64,000 bases of DNA from a bacterium (GCA_037129835.1 JBAXUE010000003.1:87275-151274); one strand, 5' to 3'; shown: positions 19,617-29,955, counted from the stretch's first letter. The notes: generated by a model from the sequence alone, not told the origin. A program made the numbers and translations.

Positions 19617-21724
19617 TACATTTCTCCGTCTGAGAGCTCACTCATGTCATCAATAAGTACATCTCTAGGCCTTGCACCATCTTGAGGACCGACCACACCC
19701 CTGTCTTCAAGTATGTCTAGTAGTCTTGCGGCACGAGCATAGCCAACGCGAAGTCTTCGTTGTAATAGAGAGGCTGATGCTTTACCGGCTCTAATAACGC
19801 AGTCTGCGGCATCATAAAAAAGTTCATCATCTATATCTCCTATTTCTCCACTCCGGTTTGCCTTTGCGTTTTGTAAAGTAATTTCTTCATTATATTCGGG
19901 CTCTGCTTGTTGTTTCACAAACTCCGTTACCATTTTGACTTCTTCTTCAGATACATAAGCACCTTGAACACGTTTTGGTTTGGAAAGTTCTGCAGAAAGA
20001 AAGAGCATATCTCCCATACCGAGAAGTTTTTCGGCGCCGCCTTGATCCAAAATAGTACGAGAATCTGCGTTGGCAGCAACAGAAAAAGCAATCCTTGTCG
20101 GAATGTTTGCTTTTATTAGCCCAGTAATAACATCTACTGATGGCCTTTGAGTGGCTACTATCAAGTGTATTCCTACAGCTCTAGCCATTTGCGCAATACG
20201 ACAGATTAGAGCTTCCGCCTCATTTGCAGACGCCATCATCAGATCGTTAAGTTCGTCTATTACTATAACGATATACGGCATGCCGTCTTTGCCTTTAATG
20301 GTATTGAACTCTTCAATATTCCTTTTTCCTGCATCTTGAAGCACGTGGTATCTTCTTTCCATTTCAGCTACCGACCATTTTAGGGCGCTAATTGTTTTGT
20401 CTGGGTCAACTATAACTGGAGTTAAAAGGTGTGGAATATTGTTGTATAGCGACAGTTCGACTCTTTTTGGGTCTACCAGTATCAACCGAAGTTCCCTTGG
20501 CGTATTTTGGTAAAGAAGACTCATTAATAATGAATTGATACAGACGGATTTGCCAGAACCTGTTGATCCTGCGACTAAGAGGTGTGGCATCTTTGTTATA
20601 TCGGCTATCTGAGGATGCCCAGCGACATCAAGCCCGAGAACTACTGATAATTTTGATTTTCTGTTTTTAAATGTCTCGGAGGATAAGATATTTCTCATTC
20701 TTACAATCTGAGCAGTTTTATTTGGGATTTCCACCCCAACAAGGCTTTTGCCCGGAATTGGTGCTTCGATACGGATGGGATGAGCTGCAAGAGAGAGGGC
20801 TAAGTTTTTGTCTAGCCCAGTGATTTTTTCGAGTTTAACTCCCTCGCTGGGTTTTAGTGTATATTGAGTTACCGTTGGTCCCACGTTGACATCACCCATC
20901 CCAACCTCGATTCCGAAGTTTGATAGAGTTTTTTGAATAGTGGCTGCGTTTTCTCGTACATTTCCGCTATCAGCCCTCGTTGTCATTTCTTCAAATAAAC
21001 TAAGAGGAGGTAATTTCCAACCAGAAGTATCTACTGTTGTGGCTACTGGTTGCTCTGCTTTTTCTTTCTCTAATTGATTCTTTTTAAAATCAGCTAAACT
21101 GGTTTTTGGGGCTGAGACTGTTTCGTGAATTTTAATATCATTTTTTGCATCTGTATTTTTTTCATCGTCTTTATTGAAAACATTTTTAATATTTTTAATC
21201 GGAGTATTTGTTGCTAGTAGCATGCCAATAACCGCAAGGGCTATCAATAGTACAAACGAAACTGGAGCGTTGAAAATGAGCAGTAATAGTTTTTGAATGT
21301 ACTCACCGATTAAGCCGCCTCTATCCCCAAGCATTGCGACTTGGTGTGCTGTAAGAGGAGAGACAAAAATGTGGAAAATACCCGAGAAGGCGAAAACTGA
21401 TAATATAATTCCAATAATGGTAGCCGGAGTGATTTCATATTCATCTGGGTTAAAAAGACTGTAACCTACGCCTAATAATATTATCGGTAGTACAAAAACA
21501 GTCCAACCGAAAGTCAGTCTGAGATATTGGTTCATATATCCACCAAAAGGACCACCAAAATTAAGCGAACTCACCAGTATAAGAAATGACAATACAAAAA
21601 GAACAACCGCTAGTATTTGATTTCTAACATAAGGATCTATGCTAGAAAATGTGCTGGCCTGTTCTTTGTTTGATTTTCTGTTTGAGGAGCCTTTTGGTCT
21701 CCCTGGTTTTCTGTGTCGTGCCAT
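19616..21724 (-). CDS. ftsK: DNA translocase FtsK/SpoIIIE
   Basis: 4TM N-terminus, MPHLLVAGSTGSGKS, ATQRPSVDVITG, gamma domain LQRRLRVGYARAARL. Confidence 0.96.
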   Translation of the reverse strand: MARHRKPGRPKGSSNRKSNKEQASTFSSIDPYVRNQILAVVLFVLSFLILVSSLNFGGPFGGYMNQYLRLTFGWTVFVLPIILLGVGYSLFNPDEYEITPATIIGIILSVFAFSGIFHIFVSPLTAHQVAMLGDRGGLIGEYIQKLLLLIFNAPVSFVLLIALAVIGMLLATNTPIKNIKNVFNKDDEKNTDAKNDIKIHETVSAPKTSLADFKKNQLEKEKAEQPVATTVDTSGWKLPPLSLFEEMTTRADSGNVRENAATIQKTLSNFGIEVGMGDVNVGPTVTQYTLKPSEGVKLEKITGLDKNLALSLAAHPIRIEAPIPGKSLVGVEIPNKTAQIVRMRNILSSETFKNRKSKLSVVLGLDVAGHPQIADITKMPHLLVAGSTGSGKSVCINSLLMSLLYQNTPRELRLILVDPKRVELSLYNNIPHLLTPVIVDPDKTISALKWSVAEMERRYHVLQDAGKRNIEEFNTIKGKDGMPYIVIVIDELNDLMMASANEAEALICRIAQMARAVGIHLIVATQRPSVDVITGLIKANIPTRIAFSVAANADSRTILDQGGAEKLLGMGDMLFLSAELSKPKRVQGAYVSEEEVKMVTEFVKQQAEPEYNEEITLQNAKANRSGEIGDIDDELFYDAADCVIRAGKASASLLQRRLRVGYARAARLLDILEDRGVVGPQDGARPRDVLIDDMSELSDGEM

Positions 21725-21836
21725 TTTATACCTTTAAAAACGAGTTTATTATAGCATTGTTTGTGTATAATATGAATATATAAATAAGGAGCTTCTCTAA
21801 TGACAGTATCCAAGATATTGTGTAAAATATATTTAT

Positions 21837-23183
21837 ATGGATAATAATATATTTAAAGCCTATGATATTCGTGGCATTTATCCGACAGAAATAAACGCTG
21901 CAGATGTAAAAAATATAGCAATGGCCTATGCTGATTGGCTGAAACCTAGACGCATAGCACTTGGCCGGGATGTTCGCTTATCAGGAGAAGAACTCTGGAA
22001 GGCTGCTGCAGATGGGCTAATAGAGATGGGCGTAGAAGTGGTTGATATTGGCGTGATTTCTACAGATATGTTATATTTTGCTGTCGCAAACTACAACCTT
22101 GATGGCGGTATTACAATTTCGGCATCGCACAATGCTGGTAATTTTAATGGTATGAAGTTCGTCAAGGAGCGTTCAAGACCGATATCTATTGATACCGGTC
22201 TTGCCGAAATACGAGACAGGGCAATTTTTGGGAAATTTGAAGCCCATAAACAAACTGGTAAAATAGTAAAAAAAGATATTATAAACGATTATGTCGAAAA
22301 AATGACTTCCTTTGTTGATAGGTCCGAAATAAGATCCCTTAAAGTGGTGGTCAATCCGAATTTTGGCTCAGCGGGTGATGTAATCCAAAGGGTAGCAAAT
22401 TATTATGGTATAGAGCTTGTAAAAATTAATTTTGAGCCAAATGGAAACTTTCCTAAGGGTAAGCCCGACCCCACAAAAACAGAGAATAGAAGCGAAACGG
22501 CTGCGCTAGTTAAGTCTAGCGGAGTTGATTTTGGGGTTACATGGGATGCGGATGCAGATCGTTGTTTCTTTTTTGATGAAAAAGGTAATTTTATCCTGCC
22601 GTATTATGCTACGGGAAATTTCATTGACTATTTTCTCAGGGGTCAGCCGGGCCAAACGATTATTATCGATCCTAGGCTTCGTTGGCTTTCCGCATATTTA
22701 GTAGGGAAAAAACAAGGAAAACTTATAATAAATAAATCCGGACACTCATTCATAAAAGAACGGATGAGAAAAGAAAATGCAATATTCGGTGCTGAAGCTA
22801 GTGCTCATTATTATTTTAGAGATCTTTGGTATACAGACAACGGTATTTTACCATTTATTCTTATGCTTAAGACCGTTTCAAGCTCTGCCTTACCCCTCTC
22901 TGCAGTAATTAAAAAATACCAGCATAGCTATTTTGCGCTTGAAGAACAGAATTATATTGTGGATAGCGTTGAAGAAACAATAAAGAAAGTAAAACATGCA
23001 TTTCCAAGCGACAATACAGATGATATAGATGGTTATTCGGCAGAGTTTATAGATTGGAGAATGAATTTAAGAGGTTCTAATACGGAGCTGCTAATACGGC
23101 TTAATATTGAAGCCACAAATAAAGAAATTGCTTTTAATCGGCTTAAGATATTAGAGGAGGTTATAGGTGGGGAAAAAGCTTAA
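21837..23183 (+). CDS. phosphomannomutase/phosphoglucomutase
   Basis: FKAYDIRG, SASHN phosphoserine loop, DADADR, R.SNTE. Confidence 0.92.
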   Translation: MDNNIFKAYDIRGIYPTEINAADVKNIAMAYADWLKPRRIALGRDVRLSGEELWKAAADGLIEMGVEVVDIGVISTDMLYFAVANYNLDGGITISASHNAGNFNGMKFVKERSRPISIDTGLAEIRDRAIFGKFEAHKQTGKIVKKDIINDYVEKMTSFVDRSEIRSLKVVVNPNFGSAGDVIQRVANYYGIELVKINFEPNGNFPKGKPDPTKTENRSETAALVKSSGVDFGVTWDADADRCFFFDEKGNFILPYYATGNFIDYFLRGQPGQTIIIDPRLRWLSAYLVGKKQGKLIINKSGHSFIKERMRKENAIFGAEASAHYYFRDLWYTDNGILPFILMLKTVSSSALPLSAVIKKYQHSYFALEEQNYIVDSVEETIKKVKHAFPSDNTDDIDGYSAEFIDWRMNLRGSNTELLIRLNIEATNKEIAFNRLKILEEVIGGEKA

Positions 23184-23556
23184 AGAAAAAAAAGCAGAAA
23201 AGTACCAAGAAGGTTTCATTAAGGGGAAAAAGGTATTTTTAATAGGAATTCTGCCCGTAATTATTATGTTTGTTATTTTTGGTGGGATTGCTTGGATTGT
23301 GACTAACTACTACTATGAGAAGCCCGTGAATAATGACTCTGGAGATGCTGGAATTTGTAATACCGTCAGGAAACAGTACCCATCTAGTTTGGGCAAGGAC
23401 TTTCCTTGTGAGGTAACAGATAGCGGTGACTACTGGTTAGTTACTTTTACACAAAATGCGAATGCGAATTCAATACCAGCGTATATGACATTTAAGGTTC
23501 AAAAATCTAGTAAAGCCGTCACTCCTGCTATTGATATCAACAATCCTAATAAATAG
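23167..23556 (+). CDS. single-TM hypothetical protein
   Basis: Basic N-terminus, one TM, small domain with two Cys. Confidence 0.65.
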   Translation: MGKKLKEKKAEKYQEGFIKGKKVFLIGILPVIIMFVIFGGIAWIVTNYYYEKPVNNDSGDAGICNTVRKQYPSSLGKDFPCEVTDSGDYWLVTFTQNANANSIPAYMTFKVQKSSKAVTPAIDINNPNK

Positions 23557-23640
23557 ACTATATTATAACAGTACTTCGTGTTAATATTTGCGAACCAGAA
23601 ATATTCTGGCCTGTTCCATGACAACTGATAGGAGGAAGCG

Positions 23641-24087
23641 ATGGAAGGCTATTACCGTGTAGTAGATAAGCGTGGCAATGTCCATGAATATGACACACGA
23701 GTAAGTGGTTTGGATGATGGCTTCCTTCTTTTTTCTAAGGAAGAAGAAGTAGCCTATTTGGGCTCTGGTGGTTTCGTTGTTGGCCAAAAGGTGAAAGATA
23801 TCACGTATTTTGGCTCCATAGCACACCACCTCGTAACGCTAGAAACATCTGGCCAAATCGTTACTGTCACATGTCATCCTGCGAAATTGAGCATAGTCTG
23901 TCCTGACTGGCAAATGCCGAAAAGAACAAATGACATTAGGCTGGATCGCTCACTAGCCATCTCGGTAAAACGCGTACTCGAAGGCAGCGCAAGGCCGAGA
24001 GACTTCGGAATTATAGAAGCAACTAAGCGCTTTGTCCGAGTAACGACGTTGAGACTTCGACAGGGACAGGATGGGGTGTCGGTTTAA
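23641..24087 (+). CDS. hypothetical protein
   Basis: AGGAGG Shine-Dalgarno; GGGGTG...CACCCC hairpin at the 3' end. Confidence 0.6.
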   Translation: MEGYYRVVDKRGNVHEYDTRVSGLDDGFLLFSKEEEVAYLGSGGFVVGQKVKDITYFGSIAHHLVTLETSGQIVTVTCHPAKLSIVCPDWQMPKRTNDIRLDRSLAISVKRVLEGSARPRDFGIIEATKRFVRVTTLRLRQGQDGVSV

Positions 24088-24127
24088 TATCGCACCCCTT
24101 CTTCAATATTTAAGGTAGAATATACTT

Positions 24128-24949
24128 ATGAAAAATATTTTATTAATTGATAAACAGGCTGGTTGGACAAGCTTTGATGTGGTGGCGAAGATTCGTAATG
24201 CTGTAAATCAAATAAATAAAAATCAGGGTTTACCGAAAACAAAACATGGAGTGAAGGTCGGACACGCTGGAACGCTAGACCCCTTTGCAACAGGTTTATT
24301 GATAGTTTTGGTTGGTAAAGAAACCACTGCCAAGCAAGAGATGTTTATGAAGCAAGATAAAGAATATCAAGCGACGCTTAGGCTTGGGTTCACTAGCAGT
24401 ACTGGAGACCCAGAGGGGGATATTACGTCATTTATTCCGTTGGCATCTCTGGTTCCTGAATCAAGTTCAGGACAGACTCCAGCCCAGGGATCTATCCTGT
24501 CTTCCGAAGGAGATCCTCGCGTTCGCAAGGATGACAAGCCATTTTTAGAAGATATAGAGGGTGTGTTACAGACATTTCTTGGCGAAATAGAGCAAATCCC
24601 CCCCATTTATAGCGCAATTAAGATAGATGGCAAACGAGCATACAAGCTTGCTAGGGCTGGGGAAAAAGTTGTAATGAAACCACGGCTAGTGAATATTCTG
24701 AAACTAAAGATAGACAAATACGCATACCCAGAACTGCGAGTCACTGTTAAATGTTCTTCGGGGACATACATCAGAAGCTTGGCAGAAGATATTGGTAAGA
24801 CACTTGGTTGCGGTGCCTATTTGACTGAACTCAGGCGTACAAAGATCGGCCACTACTCGATAGCAGATGCCGTAACTGTTGAGGCTGCTTTGAAAACCCT
24901 TGTTAATCCATTGAATAATGCACCTGATTGTAGTATAATTGATGCATAA
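24128..24949 (+). CDS. truB: tRNA pseudouridine(55) synthase with an in-frame repeat-derived insertion
   Basis: KVGHAGTLDPFATG, PPIYSAIK..GKRAY, GTYIRSLAED. Confidence 0.95.
   Translation: MKNILLIDKQAGWTSFDVVAKIRNAVNQINKNQGLPKTKHGVKVGHAGTLDPFATGLLIVLVGKETTAKQEMFMKQDKEYQATLRLGFTSSTGDPEGDITSFIPLASLVPESSSGQTPAQGSILSSEGDPRVRKDDKPFLEDIEGVLQTFLGEIEQIPPIYSAIKIDGKRAYKLARAGEKVVMKPRLVNILKLKIDKYAYPELRVTVKCSSGTYIRSLAEDIGKTLGCGAYLTELRRTKIGHYSIADAVTVEAALKTLVNPLNNAPDCSIIDA
24427..24535 (+). repeat. composite REP-like element in frame within truB
   Basis: Starts GTCATT, contains TCCTGAA-TCAAG-TTCAGGA, ends GATCCTCGC-GTTC-GCAAGGATGAC. Confidence 0.8.
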
Positions 24950-24954
24950 TTAAG

Positions 24955-25023
24955 TAACACCCACCATGAGGCTGAATCCGTCGATCGCCGGACAGGCTTC
25001 GGGTCGGGCAAGAAGGAAGAAAC
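24955..25023 (+). promoter_or_regulatory. probable S15 autoregulatory leader
   Basis: GC-rich structured 5' UTR between TATAAT and the rpsO GTG start. Confidence 0.5.
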
Positions 25024-25293
25024 GTGTCAATCAAAAAAGAAGAAAAAGAACAGATAGTAAAAGAAGTAGGTAGAAGTGATAAAGACACTGGTTCGCCAGA
25101 AGTTCAAGTAGCTATTTTTACTGAAAAAATCAAGCAACTTACGGACCATTTAAAGACTCATAAAAAGGATGAACATTCTAGGCGTGGTCTTTTAAAAATG
25201 GTAGGTAAAAGACGTAGGCTCCTCGACTATTTATCGCGAAAAAACAAAGAAGTTTACGAAGCTTTAGTCAAAAAACTAGGTCTTCGCAAATAA
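25024..25293 (+). CDS. rpsO: 30S ribosomal protein S15
   Basis: [34 protein letters not shown]. Confidence 0.97.
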   Translation: MSIKKEEKEQIVKEVGRSDKDTGSPEVQVAIFTEKIKQLTDHLKTHKKDEHSRRGLLKMVGKRRRLLDYLSRKNKEVYEALVKKLGLRK

Positions 25294-25341
25294 TTAGCTA
25301 ATACCGGCCCCAAGGGGCCGCAATTAGTTCATTAAACAATT

Positions 25342-25407
25342 GAATAGGAATCAGAGACAGGAAGTCGCATATGCGGTCGATTTGACTTCTTCCCCTGACT
25401 CCTATTC
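25342..25407 (+). promoter_or_regulatory. long hairpin in the pnp 5' UTR (RNase III-type leader)
   Basis: GAATAGGA/TCCTATTC, TCAG/CTGA and GAAGTC/GACTTC stacked stems. Confidence 0.6.
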
Positions 25408-25426
25408 TATAAAAGAAAGGAGCATT

Positions 25427-27526
25427 ATGAGCTCAAACAAAGTTTCGACATACGAAACGGATTTTAACGGTACCAAAATGGTCTTCGAGACCGGAAAAAT
25501 GGGTTTACTTGCTGATGGCGCAGTTGTTATTAAATATAACGACTCTGTTGTTCTCGCTACTGTAGTAATAAATAATAAGGTAAGAGATAAGCAAGATTTT
25601 TTTCCTCTATCGGTAGAATTCCAGGATAAATGGTCTGCAACAGGGAAAATAAGTGGTTCCAGATTTATTAAAAGAGAAGGCCGACCTTCTGAATTAGCAG
25701 TTTTGCGTTCAAGAATGATAGATAGACCAATCCGACCAATGTTTCCTAAGGGATATCTTAATGAAGTTCAAATTATTATTTCACCATTGTCGCTCGATCT
25801 TACTATAGATCCTGCGGTCTTGGGTCTAAATGCTGCTTCAGCTGCATTAATGCTAACTGGAGCACCCTTCGAAGGACCACTAGCAGCAGTGAGAATTGGT
25901 CAGATAGAAGGTGAATTTGTCGTAAATCCAACAGAAGAGCAAGAAATAGCTTCTGACCTCGACTTACTGGTGGCTGGTTCAGAAGAGGCGATAACTATGA
26001 TTGAAGGCGAAGCAAAAGAATTATCAGAAGAAAGAATTGCCGAAGCACTAGAGCTAGCACACAAGGCCATCCAAAATAGTATCAAGACTCAAAAAGAAAT
26101 GGTTAAAGCTCTTTCGGTAGAGAAAATGAAGTTTTCAGTTCAACTGCCTGATGAGGATGTCTATAAAGATGTTTCCAAGTATTTATCAGACAAGCTGGGA
26201 GACTCTATTCGACATAAAGACAAAATAGCAAGAAATCTCATAATATCCGACCTTGAAGATATGGTTCAAATAGAATTTGATGAAAAGTATGAAGACTATC
26301 AGATCTCAGAAGCTTTTGAGAAAGTTATCAAGTCAGAAGTAAGGCGTTCAGTCCTCGAGGACGGCATTAGACCCGATCACCGCAAGATGGACCAAGTTAG
26401 AGACCTATCTTCTGAAGTCGGTATTTTACCGAGAACACACGGTTCAGGCTTATTCCAAAGAGGTCAGACACAGGTACTGTCTATTGTTACTTTGGCATCA
26501 CCTTCGAAGGCACAAATCGTAGAAAGCATGGACCAAGACTTTAGTAAACGTTATATGCACCACTATATGGATACACCTGCTAGCTATGGCGACACTGGAC
26601 GTATTGGCGCTGGACGACGAGCAATAGGTCATGGTTTTCTCGCAGAAAAAGCACTTGAGGCCGTACTTCCAGATGAAAAAGATTTTCCATACACTATTAG
26701 AGTTGTTTCAGAAATACTAAGCTGTAATGGCTCTAGCTCTATGGGTTCAGTTTGTGGCTCTTCGCTGGCTTTGATGGACGCCGGTGTCCCTATTAAGTCG
26801 CAAATAGCAGGTATTGCTATTGGTTTAATGTCTACGGACGGTGATTTGTCGCAAAAATATGAAATTCTTACCGACATACAAGGAGCCGAGGACTTTGCTG
26901 GAGATATGGATTTCAAGCTTGCCGGTAGCAGAAAAGGTATAACAGCAATACAAATGGATATCAAGGTTAAGGGGCTTACGCTTGATTTCTTAAAGGAAGT
27001 TATGAAACGTGCTACCACTGCAAAGTTGGAAATTTTGGATGTTATGGATGCAGCTATCGGAGCCCCCAAAAAAGATTTATCTAAATACGCTCCTAGACTT
27101 ACTTCATTCCAGATTAATCCTGAAAAAATCCGTGAAGTTATTGGTAAAGGTGGCGAAGTAATTAATAAAATTATCGCAGAGACTGGTGTAGAGATTGATA
27201 TCGAAGACGATGGTACTGTAGTAGTAGCAGCAGTTGACGGGGAAGCTGCAGATAAAGCGGTTGCTTGGATCAAATCCATTATTGCCGAACCAGAAGTCGG
27301 TAAAATATATGACGGAAGAGTCGTAAAGCTTATGGACTTCGGTGCTTTTGTAGAATTTATGCCAGGCAAAGAAGGTCTAGTCCACGTTTCTCAAATATCA
27401 AATGATCGTGTTGAAAAAGTTTCCGATGTACTCAAAGAGGGGCAAGAAGTAAAGGTGAAACTTACTGAGATAGACTCACAAGGTAGAAAAAATCTTTCGA
27501 TTAAGGCAGCATTGCCAAAAGATTAA
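25427..27526 (+). CDS. pnp: polynucleotide phosphorylase; likely start ATG 25427 after AAGGAG
   Basis: FFPLSVEF, RMIDRPIRPMFP, SNGSS-like SCNGSSSMG, GDMDFK, KH and S1 domains. Confidence 0.97.
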   Translation: MSSNKVSTYETDFNGTKMVFETGKMGLLADGAVVIKYNDSVVLATVVINNKVRDKQDFFPLSVEFQDKWSATGKISGSRFIKREGRPSELAVLRSRMIDRPIRPMFPKGYLNEVQIIISPLSLDLTIDPAVLGLNAASAALMLTGAPFEGPLAAVRIGQIEGEFVVNPTEEQEIASDLDLLVAGSEEAITMIEGEAKELSEERIAEALELAHKAIQNSIKTQKEMVKALSVEKMKFSVQLPDEDVYKDVSKYLSDKLGDSIRHKDKIARNLIISDLEDMVQIEFDEKYEDYQISEAFEKVIKSEVRRSVLEDGIRPDHRKMDQVRDLSSEVGILPRTHGSGLFQRGQTQVLSIVTLASPSKAQIVESMDQDFSKRYMHHYMDTPASYGDTGRIGAGRRAIGHGFLAEKALEAVLPDEKDFPYTIRVVSEILSCNGSSSMGSVCGSSLALMDAGVPIKSQIAGIAIGLMSTDGDLSQKYEILTDIQGAEDFAGDMDFKLAGSRKGITAIQMDIKVKGLTLDFLKEVMKRATTAKLEILDVMDAAIGAPKKDLSKYAPRLTSFQINPEKIREVIGKGGEVINKIIAETGVEIDIEDDGTVVVAAVDGEAADKAVAWIKSIIAEPEVGKIYDGRVVKLMDFGAFVEFMPGKEGLVHVSQISNDRVEKVSDVLKEGQEVKVKLTEIDSQGRKNLSIKAALPKD

Positions 27527-27586
27527 TGGGTAGATAATAATATATCTTAAACGTATCTTACGTATTTAATTGCTAGCTTGAGAGTT

Positions 27587-27614
27587 AAAAAAGAGGCCGA
27601 AAGGCCTCTTTTTT
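27587..27614 (+). terminator. intrinsic terminator after pnp
   Basis: AAAAAAGAGGCC-GAAA-GGCCTCTTTTTT. Confidence 0.85.
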
Positions 27615-27639
27615 GTTATAATAAGAAAAAGGATAGCAT

Positions 27640-28239
27640 ATGAATGAACGTCCGCAAACACCAAGTGAAGTAATAGAAAGCTTCCAGAAAACCTTCCCAG
27701 GGACAAAAGAAAAGGATATTCGGGAGGTTATTACAGCGCATGCGAGTAATATTGCCAGTCAAGAAGGCCGCGAGGTCGCTATTAAGGACTATCGAGCCAT
27801 CTTGAAGGCATATGCTGACGGTTTGAAATCTAATCCATATTTATTAAAAGAGGTTTTTGATACTGCGTATATGAGTATCAAATTTGATGAGTTGTTGGGA
27901 CCCGAGAACGCAAGTAGATTTGGCGATAGGGTAAAATATTTAGTTGCCCAAAAAAACAGCAACAACATTACAGAAATTATAATTAAGTGTATCACCGAAT
28001 CGGACAGTACAGATGAATCGGAATTAATAATGTCGATATATGACGAGATAGATAAACAGGTGGCAGAATTGGTTACCCAGATATTTTACGACGATGAAAT
28101 CAAAGAAATGTTTGATGACGACCCAGTTTTGAAAAATAAAATTAAAGAATTTGAGATAGATTCTATCAGTGGGCTACTCCGCAAAATGGTAGGTGCAGGG
28201 ATAGAAATGTATAGCCAAGCCACCGCAGATAACGAGTAA
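27640..28239 (+). CDS. acidic helical hypothetical protein
   Basis: 199-aa ORF with AAGGA Shine-Dalgarno; no motif recognised. Confidence 0.65.
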   Translation: MNERPQTPSEVIESFQKTFPGTKEKDIREVITAHASNIASQEGREVAIKDYRAILKAYADGLKSNPYLLKEVFDTAYMSIKFDELLGPENASRFGDRVKYLVAQKNSNNITEIIIKCITESDSTDESELIMSIYDEIDKQVAELVTQIFYDDEIKEMFDDDPVLKNKIKEFEIDSISGLLRKMVGAGIEMYSQATADNE

Positions 28240-28248
28240 TGGGCAGCA

Positions 28249-28971
28249 CTAACCATTTAGCATAATAACATTGGCAAACCTACCGGTATGTCCATTGCCG
28301 GCTCTGTGAGAGTAAAATATGTCGTTACTGCAGCAAGTACAAATATTTGAATGCTCGATATTTTCTTGTGAAACGCCGGCAATAATTAGCTGATTGTTTA
28401 TTAGCCTAGGTAAGTCTATTTCGTAACAACAAGAATGTATACAGGGGCCAATTCCGACCAACAAATTATCGGGCCTACTATTATACTTTATTGTCATTTG
28501 GGTAATCGTACCACCCACTATATTTGATTCTGTTCCTTTTTTCCCCGAGTGTGCAATGCCGATGGCATTATTGATAGGATCATAGATAAATATCGATGCG
28601 CAGTCAGCAGTAACAACTAGTAATGGGACGTCGACTATTTTTGTTATTAACCCATCTGTCTCGGTGAACCCATCTTTCCAACTATTTGAGCCCTTGCCGA
28701 AGTCTTTTTGCGTAACTACTTTTATATTAGTACTGTGTGTTTGTTGCCCGCAAGTAAATGCCTTTTCCGAGACCGAAATTGCTTTTGCGAGTATTCTTCG
28801 ATTATTTAGTACGATATGATTTTCATCACCAACGTGAAGGCCGACATTAAGCTCTGCAAAATTGCCTTTACTATTACCGCCCTTTCTGGTCGACACTACC
28901 GCAGTTATTTTATGCTTTTTAAATATTTTAAAATAATAAAGTGGAATGACTTTTTTTGTTTTTATTATCAT
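28249..28971 (-). CDS. pgeF: PgeF/YfiH family (laccase-domain) protein
   Basis: STRKGG.S, Q.HS, DGLIT, TADC, HSG, GPCI..CCYE, CT.C, FYSHR. Confidence 0.9.
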   Translation of the reverse strand: MIIKTKKVIPLYYFKIFKKHKITAVVSTRKGGNSKGNFAELNVGLHVGDENHIVLNNRRILAKAISVSEKAFTCGQQTHSTNIKVVTQKDFGKGSNSWKDGFTETDGLITKIVDVPLLVVTADCASIFIYDPINNAIGIAHSGKKGTESNIVGGTITQMTIKYNSRPDNLLVGIGPCIHSCCYEIDLPRLINNQLIIAGVSQENIEHSNICTCCSNDIFYSHRAGNGHTGRFANVIMLNG

Positions 28972-29031
28972 AACCTTAGTATACTAGAATACCGACTTCG
29001 CGAGAATGTTAAGAACGGTTATAATGTAATT

Positions 29032-29526
29032 ATGAAAATAGCTGTAATATCGGACATCCATGGTAATATGGCCTACCTCGGAAGAGCAAAAAAGATTATC
29101 GATGATAAAAAACTATCCTTGGTTATTTGCTGTGGCGATATGCAGGACATTGAAACATTTTCTGAGCTAGATAGTTGGAGCCAGAAAGTATATTGTTCTT
29201 TGGGCAATGCCGACTACGAAATTCGTTATAGGTTAGACATAGGAACTCTTTTAGCAAAAAAAATGGAAATATTCTTAGATTATGGGGTTTTAAATATTGA
29301 TGGTTCGAAAATAGCGTTTTGTCATTATCCAAAATTTGCTAAAAAACTAGCTGAGGACGGAAGGTACGACGTCGTTTTTTATGGCCATAATCACAAGCCA
29401 TGGGAAGAAAAAATCGGTAATACAGTCCTTTTGAACCCCGGTGAATTACAAGCCAGAGATGGTAAACCTACTTTTGCTATATATGATCTTAAAAATATGA
29501 GCGCTGAACTAAAGCTCCTGGTATAA
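29032..29526 (+). CDS. YfcE-like metallophosphoesterase; likely start ATG 29032
   Basis: MKIAVISDIHGN, CGD, GNAD, GHNH, LNPG. Confidence 0.9.
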   Translation: MKIAVISDIHGNMAYLGRAKKIIDDKKLSLVICCGDMQDIETFSELDSWSQKVYCSLGNADYEIRYRLDIGTLLAKKMEIFLDYGVLNIDGSKIAFCHYPKFAKKLAEDGRYDVVFYGHNHKPWEEKIGNTVLLNPGELQARDGKPTFAIYDLKNMSAELKLLV

Positions 29527-29643
29527 ATAAGTTTACAAAGCTAACATAAGGCGTATAATTATCAAGTTCCCATATTTGTGGGTCATCCTAGTGGATACTA
29601 GGATAAGGATGTCTGTCTCTGCATCAACTCAGGGACAAAGGAG

Positions 29644-29955
29644 GTGTGCCGGATGGCCGCTAGCATAGAGATCGTTGATGGGCCAAGTAAGTATGGACTC
29701 ATCGAAAGTCTTACGGAAGGCGACAGCAGAAGTAGACACGAGGTCTACTTCAAGATTCTCGCCAAGGTACATGATGAGATCGTCGAAGACACTATCAGTG
29801 GCTGGGTTAACACACTCGGTCGTGAGGATGGTTCTTCATTCCTCTGGAACGTAAATCTCTACCTGCGAGAAGCGCCTGGGTTTATTGCAAAGCATGGAGG
29901 TTGTATTAAGTTCCAATACGATGCACGTAAGCGCAAAGGAATGGTACAACTCTAA
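29644..29955 (+). CDS. hypothetical protein
   Basis: AAAGGAGG Shine-Dalgarno and a strong downstream hairpin. Confidence 0.65.
   Translation: MCRMAASIEIVDGPSKYGLIESLTEGDSRSRHEVYFKILAKVHDEIVEDTISGWVNTLGREDGSSFLWNVNLYLREAPGFIAKHGGCIKFQYDARKRKGMVQL

Noticed and set aside
24427-24535. Intein or self-splicing intron in truB or polA
   Set aside because: The inserts are far too short and lack intein terminal residues or ribozyme cores; they match intergenic palindromes instead.
26629-27369. 246-aa antisense ORF in pnp, and similar antisense ORFs in recA, rpsF, pilT and the giant gene
   Set aside because: Shadow frames of conserved genes caused by codon bias.
28816-29031. N-terminal extension of the phosphoesterase ORF overlapping pgeF; similar extensions of lexA, pnp, tlyA and holA in the ORF track
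   Set aside because: Family motifs and promoter or Shine-Dalgarno positions support the downstream starts.
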